A stretch of DNA of 64,000 bases from Rhizodiscina lignyota. Its lineage: Eukaryota. Below are positions 39,225 through 51,339 of the stretch, in pieces (position 1 is the stretch's first letter; each line of letters begins with the position of its first letter). The position numbers and the translations under genes were made by a program. The notes under the pieces were generated by a model. That model was given only the letters and a program-made list of their open reading frames with translations, searched no databases and was not told the origin of the DNA. The stretch spans positions 558,001 to 622,000 of the forward strand of contig ML978123.1 of assembly GCA_010015805.1 (NCBI GenBank). The letters are read 5' to 3'.

Positions 39225-42200
39225 ATGTCGACATCGCAGTACCGCCCTTCCGCCGTCCCGCCGGCATCGCAGCGTCCACAAGCCTTCAATGCTCCGGTAG
39301 TATCCACTTCCAATGCTCCGGCGGGCACGTTTGCGCCTGGCACGAAAGTGCAAGTGGGCAAGCACCGGGTGGTCATTGAGCGGTACCTGTCCGAGGGCGG
39401 CTTCGCGCACGTCTACTCCGCGCACGTCATTCGCCAGGATGGCACCACTCATCCCAAGGACGTCGCTGTGCTCAAGCGCGTCGCTGTGCCGGATAAGGAT
39501 CAGCTAGCGAACATGAGAACTGAGGTCGAGACGATGAAGAAGTTGAAGGGCCATAAGCATATCGTCATGTATATCGATTCGCATGCGAGCCAGCTGAAAG
39601 GAGGAGGATATGAGGTTTTCTTGCTCATGGAATATTGTCAGGGCGGTGGATTGATTGATTTCATGAATACAAGGCTACAACATCGTCTCACGGAGCCGGA
39701 GATTCTGGGCATCTTTGCGGATGTAGCGGAGGGAGTTGCTGCGATGCACTACCTGGTTCCTCCATTGCTGCATAGGGACTTGAAGGTCGAGAACGTGCTC
39801 ATCTCCACTTCTAACAATACGCGCATCTACAAGCTCTGCGATTTTGGCTCTACCGCCCCCCCTCGCCCAGCCGCATCTACCGCAGCGGAAGGCAGGCTGA
39901 TCGAAGACGACGTGCAGCGGCACACGACGATGCAATATCGCTCGCCAGAGATGATTGACGTGTACAGGAAGCAGCCGATCGATGAGAAGAGCGATATCTG
40001 GGCACTGGGTGTGCTTCTTTACAAGTTGTGTTACTATACTACACCGTTTGAAGAGCAGGGCCAGATGGCGATATTGAACGCCACGTTCAAGTATCCTTCA
40101 TATCCTCAGTTCTCAGATCGATTAAAGAGGCTGATTGGGAGCATGTTGAGGGAGAAACCAAGCTTGAGGCCCAATATTTATCAGCTTGTGAAGGAGGTAG
40201 CAGGAATGAGAGGGACAGAGGTGCCTATTAAAGATGTAGGGATTTGCGCCTTTCATTTGCGCCTTGAACTGGTCGTACTAATATACAGGGCAGATTTACG
40301 CCCATCGAACGCAATCCGAGGCGAGACGGTACCAGGAAATGCCGCCACCATCACCGACAGCGACTTCTCCGCCAGCGATTGGGCTCCAGAAAGCATCGCC
40401 AACGCAGGAATTCGAGCCTCTGCCTGAGATTACGCCAATGAGGAGAGGGCGACCAACTGCTCCAGCGCCACAGTCACAGCGAACTTTGGCAGGTCACACG
40501 CCTTCTCCAATGCGCGGTACTTCTTCAGATCCATTTGCTGCACTGGACTCGACGAACCCCGAAGTCCGTGCAGCAGCTGCAGATGAACTTGCCGCAAAAT
40601 TCCCATCGTTAGATGAATTCTCATTACTTCATGATAAGGGCACGAAATTCCAGTTTGGGCAGTCTGCAGCCTCTGCGCCTGCATCTGCATCTGCACCCGT
40701 TGCGGATCCAAAGCACGAATTACTGCAAAAGCGCGTCACGCAAGCATTAGCTGACGATGCATTTGCACAGCCGGCTAAGAAGGCTGACACGGCGCCAGCG
40801 TCCAAAGTACCCTCTGCAGCAGCCACGGGCTCGGCCAAAATTGCGAGCACGTCCAGATTGCAGAACTTGCAGCACGACGAGCGTTCGTCTTCTCTGCCCC
40901 TTCGGCAACAGGCGTCTCAAGAGCCAAAGATTCCAGTCACGAAAATTACCATGGTCTCTACTGGCGTTGGCTCGTCGCCTCCGCCATCACCACCGCCCGC
41001 TGCCACCAAAGTGCCAGAATTCAAAAACAGACCACTCTATCGCTTCCCGTCTGCCTCGGCTTCTTCGCCAGGCACGCGTGAGTCTAGTGCCTCCCGGCCT
41101 GCAGACTTCAAACGCCCTGCTTTGCCTGATCTCCATCGTTCAAAGTCGTCTACAACGACGCTTACTGCGGCAGCACCTCTAGCAATGTCAAAGTCGCCTG
41201 CATCTTCGCGACCCAGTCTTGAGGGCCAGCGGCCGGCCGTAGCTGACCTAACCGGCAGTGAGGCACTCGCTCGCTCTCGATCTGCAAATGCACGATCTGG
41301 TCCACGGCCAGCGAGTGTCTACGTCGAGAGGAACATCGACTTCTTGCGCGATCGCGAGAGTGGACGGCTGTCGGCAGGCATGAAGTCTTCGCCTATCGGA
41401 CAGCGTGTTCGTGACCGTGAAATCAAGGGGTATGACGACTTCAAATCCGCTGCTGTGGCAGTCGACTCGTCGGACGACGAGGGGCCTGAGGATCTGGAGA
41501 GGAAGGACTCGAACATTCATGACAATGTAGAATATTTGCGGCAGATGGAGGACGAAGCAGGCACTGGGCACCACCACCATCCTCTTCACGGTGCTGGCGG
41601 CGCAATGAAGATGTTTGCGAAGAAAGATAGGAGGAGCAGTAGCGGTGGCAGTAAGCATGGTCATGGACACGCAAAGAGGTCGAGCCTGGGCGCCATGGCT
41701 GGAGGTCTGAGCAAGACGAACGAGATCATTAAAGGCAAATTTGGAGATGCCTTTAGGAAGTTCGAGAGTAATAAAGGCAGCGAGCGCGACGATGGATTGC
41801 TTGATAGTCCGCCTGCAAGTCCCAACCCAGATGTGGATGTAGGGAATAGCCGCAGAGGAATTTTCAGCCATGATCGCTCGAGTTCGAGAGACAAGCGCAA
41901 ATCGCTGGATCTGCAGAGGAGAAGTATGGAGAGGAGTCGTGGGAGGAACAGTGGAGAACAGGATCGTTTGGACAGTGCGAAGGAGAGAGAACGCTATGTT
42001 TTGACGCCGATTGCGGGATCGGATGCGCCGAGCTCGGGACCCCGATCAGACATCAACGATGACTTCCTGGAACGTGAGAGGGACACCACATTCGATCGTC
42101 AGTTTGTTGAGGAGCAAGACCTTTCGCCTGAAGTGCGCCGCGAGCTCGAACGGCAGAGACTGGCGCAGGAGGAGAAACGAGTGGAAGCTGCCCGCGAGGA

Positions 42201-42954
42201 GCACAGGCGTAGAGTTGCTGCGGGTGGTGCTGAGGCCGGTGAGAGTAAAGCAAGTACGATCCAGAAGCGTGTGCTGAGCCTCCTGGACGAAGCGGACAGC
42301 AAGGGGAGGGAACCGCCGAGACGAACTGCCGAGGGATATGGAAGGTTCAATGAGGAGGCCAGACAAGTGCTGGAGAAGCCACTCCCAGTCCCGCCAAAAC
42401 CAGCACCGCTTCCTGCTAGGAAGCCAATCAATGCTAGTATAGCAGGGCAGCTGGCTTCTTCTAACCCGGCAACACCGCCAGTGCCCCCATCCGCACCTCC
42501 GCCAGTTGCGAGTACACTTCCACAGCGCGCGGCGACCGTCGCAAATCCACCGCAGCAGCCCTCACTGCCGTCACAGCGTATAATGACTGGAGCTGCCGTG
42601 CCCGCAAGCGCTACACCACGTCCTTCTGCGCCTCCCAAACCCCAGACCCTCCGCACAGGAGGTGGAGCCCCCCGAGCAACAGGTCCGAGTCTCGAGGCGC
42701 TGCTGCAGAAAGACATGGAAGGTGTTGCTGAGCCACCGCTTCAGGAGAAGTCGCAGCAGAGACTGGATCTCGAGGCGCACCAGCGCTGGGTTGGGGGACG
42801 GCCGAATGTGGGGAGGGATGATGGGCAGGAACCTGAGCTGGTCGAGAGGGATCCGGAGTGGGAGGCCAATTTCGCGAGGAAGTATCCCAAGCTGGAGGGC
42901 ATTGAGATGGTGGAGACAGAGGTGCTGCCCGTGGGCAAGGTGAGAGATGTTTGA
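39225..42954 (+). CDS. NAK-family Ser/Thr kinase (Ark1/Prk1/Akl1-like) with long Pro-rich C-terminal region
   Basis: YLSEGGFAHVY, AVLKRV, LLHRDLKVENVL, KLCDFGS, TTMQYRSPEM, DEKSDIWALG. Intron 40236-40293 joins the kinase exon in frame to the C-terminal ORF; DPF motif. Confidence 0.94.
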
Positions 42955-44880
42955 GATGTGCTTGGTGAGGAGGCCATTGATACGATGTTGTGAGATACTA
43001 ATTTCTCCTTCTTTTTCTTCGATCAGAGAGCAAATGACGAGTAGTGGAGGTGGGACTCGCTGCCATTTTCATTTCCTGATTCTGGACTTTGGGGATCTGA
43101 GATGGGTTCTTCCAGATATGACGAACACAGTAGATGATAGAAGAGATTATGATACTATCCCGCTATGTCTATGTGTTTGGGGTATTCTATCATGTCTGTG
43201 TGACGGATGCTTGACAATTTACTGCTCTATCCTCTGGAACCGATTCAGATCGATTGTGAGGACAATTCGTCACGGCTTGCAAAGGATCGGAAGATGTCTT
43301 TCGGCAGCAATGAGACTACCAAGTTCAGCCCCCGCTTGAAGGCTCAGAGTTCGCAATGCACTGTTCATGTGTCCATATTGCGGCATCGACTTTGTGGACA
43401 TGCCGCATCTCTCGTCTCTCTTGTCGTCTGTACGGAGGAAGAATTCCTCATACGTTTGCGGGCTTCTCATGCCGCTTTTCCAAACGTCTTTTGAGCGTAG
43501 ATACTACATGAATCCTAATCACAACTACTTACTCAACGCGTGTTAGCCGTGATAATAACAGTCACTTCATGAGATGACGTCGAAAAAAATGCCACATCGC
43601 TTAGCAACTGCTGACTGGGTTTCGCACATGGCTCCGATCGCGTTTGCCACTCTGGTGCGATATGCTCATATCGATGCTCTTTTATGGAGGCGTTTTCATG
43701 TTGGACTCAGTCGACGGCATTGCAAGAGTATTTGGAAATGGCCAGCCGATGTCTCCGCCAGACAGTTTCAAAATGTGAGATGACTGATACGCTTGGATAC
43801 TGAAGCTGTATCGCACCATGATCTTTGTAATCTGCTACACAAACTGCTTGAGATAGCCCCATGTTGCAAAAGTCGCACGAGTTGTACATAAGGGAGACTG
43901 ATGAGAGAGCGGCGGCGCTGGGTATAAGCCGGGCATTGTTATTGAACCCCTGAAATGGAATTCATCGAACGATGTGTGGATCGACAGCTTCGACCCGTGA
44001 ACCTCGAGGATCATTTTCGCGGTCCGAACCGTTTCACAAGCCGAAACGTTTGCGCCGTCCGTTCGGTATCTACGCCCCAAGTTTCAAAGACAAGCCCTGG
44101 GGCCGAGGACACTGGATACTGATATGGAGAGTTTTCTTATACTATATAAAAAGTACAAGCACAATTGTTTCTCCCCGTCCCACCATGGTCTTTTTCTTTG
44201 TCCTGGAACTTGCTGTACAGGCAGATGGTAGTTTCGGTCGAGTAACGCTTACCTCATCTCTGATTCCGAACGTCTCTTGAGCAAAAGCACCTGAGCCATG
44301 CTGTACGATTACTGATACAAGAAGTCAATAATACCTCCAGCGTCCGCATGACATAAGCCAGGCACTGGGCTTGAGGCGTGGCCTCGGTGATAAAGGTGTC
44401 GCTGGAGCGGCAACTGATTGACTAATCCCTTACGTGTGTAGTAATCAGGGTCGTTTCTGTACTCTCCACGGTCAAATGCTGTCGGAATCGCCTGTTTCCC
44501 CTGACGAGGTAGCGATCCGACTGGCTAGAAGAGCAACTCATATCCTAGATCCCGCACGAGACTTTAGAGAAGGCCCGTTTGGAGATGCGTTTGAGTGAAC
44601 GGTACAATTAAGGTTGAGTTCCTGTAGAGCAGAGGCGGTACTTTTCTATATTTCGCGACTACTTGCCGTGCCGCAGACTCAAACGGCAATAAGTTTATAT
44701 AGTCACAATTGCACAACAACTCCGCTTACCTACCTTCTCCGGCCAATCTGACCCAGTAAGCCACGCCTCTACACCTTTCTCAATTCTAGTTAATTCCTAA
44801 TCGGCTTGCATGAGTAGAATTGATCCTGAGGCGTGAATAGTCATAGGCCAAATTGAGAAGGGTATATTGGGGCGTTGACC

Positions 44881-46623
44881 ATGTCAAAGGCGTACCCGCA
44901 GATCGAATTTCTTTTCTCATACAATCCGTCACGGAGAAAAAGAGGCATGGCAGAGCAAGAGCAGCCGGCGCAGAAGCGCTCGCGCGGTCGCCCGCGCATA
45001 CACATTCCAGATCCGTTGGAAGAGTCGCAGGAGACGGACCCGTCGTCGCGCCGGAAGACGCAGGTGCGGCTCGCGCAGCGGGCGTACCGTTCCCGGCGCG
45101 AGACCCAGCTGAAGGGGATGCAGCAGCGGCTGGAAGATGCCTTGAAGACTGTGCGAGACATGCATGATGCATGGAGCAACTTTGCGGGCTATGCCACCCA
45201 GAAAGGCGTGTTGAACAGAAACCCTGAGATCGGCCGGAAGTTGATTGAAACTTCGCATCTCATGGAGGGATTGGCGGAGAGGAACGCCGCAGCCGAGGAA
45301 GAGATTGCGCTCGCTATTAGGGAGAAAGATGCGTCCGGTGAAAGTACTTTAGATGTCGATGCAGAGCCGGATATCACCGCCCTGGGAGTTGCGAGAGAGA
45401 CGGCATCTCAAGGATCGGCGTCAGCCAGCGATTTTTCAACACATAGCGATCCCACAGCAGGAACTACGGCTACGAATCAGCGACCATTGTCTCTTCCGAC
45501 CTACAGAAGGGGTCAGCGTCACGCCATGGGAAGGCACTCAACCAATCCAGCCATCATAGCGACGCCTCAGCCGCGTCAGGACTTGTCCAGTCCAACGCAC
45601 TACACATACTCAATCCACGAGACCCTCTTCCACAGACGCTTGTACCGCGCAGCGATGGAACGTGTCTTCTATCTTCTCTCCAACGCCAATAGCAGAGAGT
45701 CACGTGCACAGCTGCAAAACATCCTACGGATCCCGCTCATGTTCGCACCGCCCGACGTGCTCAGGATAAGGGCCCGGCAAACGATTCTGAAAAACAAAGA
45801 CGATTCGTTTGAGATTGACAGAGGCCCGCGTGGCGATCCGACCTTTGCGTACGCCCAAGGCGGAGGCTGGATAGAGGAAATTGACGATGGTGTAGGTTTG
45901 GAAGGTCATCGAAGCGAACGGACACCGGGTGGTGCCGGCTTCCGCAGGTATCGTCTCAAGATGGAAGGCCTTGAGAAAAGGATAGCGGATCAGGAGTGGA
46001 TGAAGCCGTGGGATGTCGAGCAGTACCTCCGCACCAAAGGCATCATCATAGACGGAGAAGTGACCACAGCGCACGGAGTCATTGATGCCATCGTCCCCGG
46101 TGACTTTGTTCCGACAGTCTCGAGGCGTCCTGACTATCCTCCCGGACCCAGTGACTCCACTAGTCTAGGGACAAGTGACGAACTGATCCCTACTGAGTAC
46201 GCTGCATTTATGAACAGTAACGAGCTCATGGCAGGCGCTGCTGGGCCTTCCACCGGTGAAGAAGGATCTTTCGACAGTGTTGCGCCTAATACCACGACCG
46301 GCCAGGAAACGTCAGATCTTCTGGCTGCAGCAATGTCGGGAGTGTACTGGCTGGGTGGCCACGACATCGGCGCGTCCGCGTATGACCCATGGAATTGGAA
46401 CATGGGCGGCTATGACTTCAGTCAGGAGGCGAACCTTTACAATCAATTCGGCTTGAATGAGGAACAGAGATCATGGGTCAAGGTCCAAGTCGACATAGAT
46501 GCTCTGCTCGAGAAACTAGTCGGGAAAGGCTTCTGCTTGGGTATTAGTCCCGGCTACAGCAAATCAGACGTTGATCGTGCGCTGCAGCAAGCCATCATTG
46601 CACCGCAGGAGATGCCTGTCTGA
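44881..46623 (+). CDS. bZIP-like transcription factor with AT-hook
   Basis: KRSRGRPR (AT-hook), basic region RRKTQVRLAQRAYRSRRE followed by a coiled coil, conserved YSIHETLFHRRL and WMKPWDVEQYL blocks, C-terminal CLGISPGY. The start may be 44947. Confidence 0.85.
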   Translation: MSKAYPQIEFLFSYNPSRRKRGMAEQEQPAQKRSRGRPRIHIPDPLEESQETDPSSRRKTQVRLAQRAYRSRRETQLKGMQQRLEDALKTVRDMHDAWSNFAGYATQKGVLNRNPEIGRKLIETSHLMEGLAERNAAAEEEIALAIREKDASGESTLDVDAEPDITALGVARETASQGSASASDFSTHSDPTAGTTATNQRPLSLPTYRRGQRHAMGRHSTNPAIIATPQPRQDLSSPTHYTYSIHETLFHRRLYRAAMERVFYLLSNANSRESRAQLQNILRIPLMFAPPDVLRIRARQTILKNKDDSFEIDRGPRGDPTFAYAQGGGWIEEIDDGVGLEGHRSERTPGGAGFRRYRLKMEGLEKRIADQEWMKPWDVEQYLRTKGIIIDGEVTTAHGVIDAIVPGDFVPTVSRRPDYPPGPSDSTSLGTSDELIPTEYAAFMNSNELMAGAAGPSTGEEGSFDSVAPNTTTGQETSDLLAAAMSGVYWLGGHDIGASAYDPWNWNMGGYDFSQEANLYNQFGLNEEQRSWVKVQVDIDALLEKLVGKGFCLGISPGYSKSDVDRALQQAIIAPQEMPV

Positions 46624-49425
46624 AGGGAAGGGTCAGTCAACGCCAACGCATGTAGATTAGAATCCTTTGCTTTGAAAGTTCCAGTTATCCAGGAGAGTAA
46701 TTGCACCGAAGCCTTCCACGGCGTTCCCGCGGATAGATATCAATTTTGATGTCCCTCCAGCTTGCTTGAATTTACGTGATGACTTGCGATGGGGTGGATT
46801 ACGTCGAACCATTAATGATTCTCGGGCACTGGCGTCCTTTCAAATAGCCACGTGGTGTGGAATGAACCTGATTGCGTGCTTTTCTTTTATATCAGAAGCT
46901 CTTGCTAATTGAATTGCCCTAACAAGGGAGCTAGCTTCACGAATGCACACATCGTGATCTGCACTGTAACGCTCCGTTACATAGGCTGTCGATCGTATGA
47001 TGGCATCCGGCAGCACCGTCAGACCAAACAGGAACTACGCCGTGAGAAAGTCGGGCGGCACGAAGAAGCAAGCTCAATGAGGCTCTCGCTAGCTCCCGGC
47101 GGGAGAGCGGAGGCCGAAACGTGGGCAGCCAGGAAATGATGGTGGCCGATGAGCAAAAGGAAATTCACCGAGCATACGATCTAACGAGCACGTTTTCCAG
47201 AGACGATCTCGGAAGAAGGAATGGAAACACATCTCAGCGCCGGGGCTGCCGCAGAGGGCAAGTGACGATCCCCAAGGTTGACTCGACCCAGCGTTGTGGC
47301 CTTGCGTGGGCAGCGCGCCGGACACAGCGGCCGCTAAGAAGGAGGAAGCAGGACCTTTTCGATGTGGGAATGAAACGATGCGTTGAAGACGTTTGAAATC
47401 GAGTCAGAGATTCAATGCTTCTTCCATCGCGCTTCGTGCCGATGCGGGCACGCCGTGACGAGCGTCGCGTGCATCGCGAGAGGAGAGGCAACACGAGCAA
47501 TAATCTCCGGGTGGACGAAGCACGAATTGAACGCGATCTGGGTGGTGAGCAGTGTGTCGTCCAGAGCAGGTGGCATTCGATGGCCGTCATCACTACTGTA
47601 AGCCTCCTCCTTCAGGAGCAGCAGCGCTGGGAGAGTATATGATTGACCGGCAAAATGTGTTTCACAAGCCAGTCGTCGACAGAAAGGAAGGTGGCGCGCA
47701 TTCGCCAATCGGGCCAGATCGCGGATGCGGCAATATCTCCGTGCCTGAGACCCAGAGGAGAGGGCGGTTTCCTGAGGGTCCCGTGAGAGAGGTACCATCC
47801 ACACACGCGAGTGGGGGAGCAGTCCACATCAGGCCGAAGCTGGCCTTTCTTTCATGCCCCCGCGGCCTCGTTTTAAATGAAGCTGAAAGCGTCTCCAGAG
47901 CGCGCCGCGAGCCGGTTTTCGCTCCGTTCTAGACCAGCGCGCTGCAGGCTTAAGGTGAGCATCGGGTGCGTGCCTGAGCGTGGTCCGATGCAGAAAGTGA
48001 GTTTGCCGTCTGCAGTTCGGTATCGGCGCTGCACGCTTAAATAATCAGCATTGTAGCGTGCCAAAGCTGGGGAAGGGCGTTACGTTATTGAATCAGCCTG
48101 CACCTCGCACTTCGCAGCGCCTGCAACGGGCAATCGCTGGGTGCAAGCGACGTGCCTCTGGCATGCAGCGCGCAGCAATCCCACGCGCGCCAAGCTGACA
48201 TCACTCTCCCTTCCCTGTGGCCCTGATGGTGCAGCGCAGGGCATTACGTATTGGATAGCGGCGTGTAGGGCGTCGAGCACGCTCCGTATTCCCCTGCGCT
48301 GCCTCTGCGCCTCCGAGCCAGGCGTGACGCGTTTGGCAGCTCTCTTCCGGCGCGGCGCCTTCTGGAACAATGTGCTGCCTTCGCTCTTATCGCCCGCAGG
48401 CCATTCACGCGCGAGCGATGCGCCTCGTGGAGAGGCAGTGGGGAAGCGCGCTGTCGCCGGCCTGCTGCGTCAAAGTTGATCCCTTCCGCTCGCAGCTGCC
48501 CCGTCCAAGCATCCCGTCAGCGCATCCGGCAGCTCAGAACTCAGCAGCACAAACGTCGCACCTCGCTCCGGCTTATGGCCTCGCCGGCCGACGCTCGACG
48601 CTCCCACTGCCGTTGTGCCCGCGGGAGCTACCCTCCTAGCGCGCGGGATGCGTGGCACACGGCCTCGACGGCTTCACCTCCAGCAGCATTGGGAAAAAGG
48701 AAAAGGAGGTTGGTGTCGTGCCTGGCCTCAAGCTGCGGGCCTGTCATGCGAATTGCTTCAGCCGGTCGTGCTGCATCGCGTCGTCCAAGCAGCGTTCCGC
48801 TTTCGCTCTCCCATTTTGCCGTCTCATCGTCCCATCCCCCATCCCATCCCCATCGCCCAAGCTCCCATTCCCAGTCTGGCAGCCGGGCCTGCTGGCGCTT
48901 GTCCCCTTCCAGTGCGCCGCTTCAGGCTCCGTCAGCCCTGTGTGCAACGTGCAGGGCCGTCGAAAGTCTTGCTGTTTCCGCAACCTAATACTTTCTCCCC
49001 TTCCACCCCCCAGCGCCCTCGCTCACCACCACCGCCCTGATATACATATCTAAAACCTGCCAGCGCCTCCGACCCCCTCCACCATCGCCATTCGCCCTTT
49101 TCGAACCCGCGGCTGCTTCCGTCGATTGTCGCCGCGCCGCTTGCTGCCACACGCCCATCCCTGCAGGCATTGTGTAGCCTTCTTATCATCCACGCTGCGC
49201 GCAATTTTGTCATACATCCCTTCCGCTCACCCTTCGCCGTCTCGTGCCTGAGCCGACGCTGCACAGCTCTCGAAAACTCCCGCCAACAAATGTCGCCCTC
49301 CTCAACGTCAACGACGCAGTTATAACATTACAACGCTGGCTCAGTCCACCTAACACATTCAATGCGCTTCAAGATTGTCGCCATCCAGCCATTCGTTGAC
49401 GGGACGCCCATCTCGTCCTTCCTAG

Positions 49426-51339
49426 ATGTCCAGTAACCACCACCAGCAGGGCCTACCATTCCTCACGAAGCCTCAGCCTCAGCAGCAGCCGCCAAAGGAC
49501 GCTGATCTCCCGCAAGGAGAATGTACCTTTCTCAAGCCCCAAGTCGGCCGCTCGCCGCTCCGCTGCGACTGCGTGGCATTCACGCTCGACAAAGATAGGC
49601 CCGGTGCCATCTGTGGATGCGGCCATGCAGCATGGACGCATGTGCGAGAACACGTCGGCGACGGAGTGTCGAGAGACGAGTTTGCACATCTCGTCCGCGA
49701 GATGCGTGAGATCAAGGGCGCCGTGAGGGACATGCACGAAGAACTCAATCGGCAACGCAGTCAGCGCGAGAAGGAGAACCAGCAGATCGTCGACGAATTC
49801 CGAAAGCTTTTCGACACAATTACAAAAGTCAAAATGCTGGGTGAGAGCAGGATGGTCGCATCCCACGCCGGCCTTGAACAGCGCATTGCCTCAGTATCGT
49901 CTCATGCGACGCACCTTGAGGATCGGATCGAAGCCATAGTCGACAAGACACAAAATTGGGATCGAGTGGTCAGGAAGCTGGAAGTACTCGATGAAGCTTG
50001 CATGTCACTCGAAGACCGTGTCGATAAAGTCGACAACAAGCAATCACATCCACCGGATCTCAGCCCAGTGCAAGAGGTCAACTCTAACGTGGCTTCACCA
50101 ACACCAACAGCTGCCCCTTTAGAACAGACCGAGCAGGTAGAAAAGAGGCCTGCTGCGGACTGGGAAATTCACGTCGTTCTCGTTCCTAAGCGGACTCAAA
50201 GATACGCATTTGCCCACGATAGCGTAGAGTGGCGGCGGTGCTACTCTAGAGGTCTTCATCAGACGATATCTCCCGCATCACGATCAGCTGAAGACTTTAG
50301 TCGTGCCGTGGAATCGGCATTCAAGCCCATCCTGCAGAACAGACCATGGACACCATTGGTCTGTCTATCATCACAGGATAAGGAGTTGAGCCAGCTGCCT
50401 CCTGGTCAGAACCAGCCACACCTTTGGGACTATACCTTCCTCGAGAAGCATTGCTTCGCGCACGACAAACTCGACGGAGACATAGTGTACATTGCGCCGA
50501 CACAAGAGGAGTTGCCGTGGTCATTCATTCGGAGTCTGACCCGCGCTCCTAATGCCGACGAGACCTGCTGGGAGCATAACGTGAGTCTTGATGGTTTTGG
50601 CGTCAACTTTAGTCGGCCGCAAACGGCGAGAAGTCCGTTTCAGTCATCCAACACCCCATTTGCACGCCCATCTCAATCCGCCCCTTTAGGCCAAATTGAT
50701 TCGCGAATGATGGACTTCATCAAGAACGAGAGCAGCCCAGCCTGGGTCCGCAAGTCCTCGCTTGAATCCGACAGCAACTCGATGTACGAAAACTCGCCGC
50801 CACCCTATTCGACCCGGACGAGCACCAGTGGCGGTACATATGCCCCAAGCGGAATGGACAATCGTCTCGTCGACTCGGGGTTGAACATCCTTGCAATAAC
50901 CGCTTTGGGACAGAGCGGTAACGAGAAGCCCGGTGCCATCCATCCTTTCGATCCGCGTAGCTTGACCCAGCGACCCTCTAGCAGCGCTGGCCCTGGAGAG
51001 CGATCGTTGACCGTCCCACCACAGATGCCAATGGGGAACGAGATGGATATTGATGACGAAGGCGGGAACCACGATTCGAGAGGCAAGTCCTCAGAGCCGA
51101 GCTCGCTCCACCGCTCCGGCTCGAACTCGACGTCCAACTCCCGCGAGACGCAAGCGCCTCAGCAACAGCAGTTTTACTTCACGGGGAGGTCGAAGCGCCG
51201 AGTCACGACCGGGAAATACAAGGAGCCGGTAGAATTGAGCATAAGCAGTGTCAAGTTGCCCCGACTTGGATTCCACAAGCATTCAAGCGACGAAAAGGGC
51301 AAGGACAGGGAAGAGGCGGAGAATGGACCGGTGGCGTAA
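49426..51339 (+). CDS. Conserved hypothetical fungal protein with N-terminal Cys/His motif and coiled coil
   Basis: 637-codon intronless ORF: GECTF...RCDCVAF...ICGCGHAAWTH, heptad-rich central region, WRRCYSRGLHQ...RPWTPL...WDYTFLEKHC block. Confidence 0.8.
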   Translation: MSSNHHQQGLPFLTKPQPQQQPPKDADLPQGECTFLKPQVGRSPLRCDCVAFTLDKDRPGAICGCGHAAWTHVREHVGDGVSRDEFAHLVREMREIKGAVRDMHEELNRQRSQREKENQQIVDEFRKLFDTITKVKMLGESRMVASHAGLEQRIASVSSHATHLEDRIEAIVDKTQNWDRVVRKLEVLDEACMSLEDRVDKVDNKQSHPPDLSPVQEVNSNVASPTPTAAPLEQTEQVEKRPAADWEIHVVLVPKRTQRYAFAHDSVEWRRCYSRGLHQTISPASRSAEDFSRAVESAFKPILQNRPWTPLVCLSSQDKELSQLPPGQNQPHLWDYTFLEKHCFAHDKLDGDIVYIAPTQEELPWSFIRSLTRAPNADETCWEHNVSLDGFGVNFSRPQTARSPFQSSNTPFARPSQSAPLGQIDSRMMDFIKNESSPAWVRKSSLESDSNSMYENSPPPYSTRTSTSGGTYAPSGMDNRLVDSGLNILAITALGQSGNEKPGAIHPFDPRSLTQRPSSSAGPGERSLTVPPQMPMGNEMDIDDEGGNHDSRGKSSEPSSLHRSGSNSTSNSRETQAPQQQQFYFTGRSKRRVTTGKYKEPVELSISSVKLPRLGFHKHSSDEKGKDREEAENGPVA

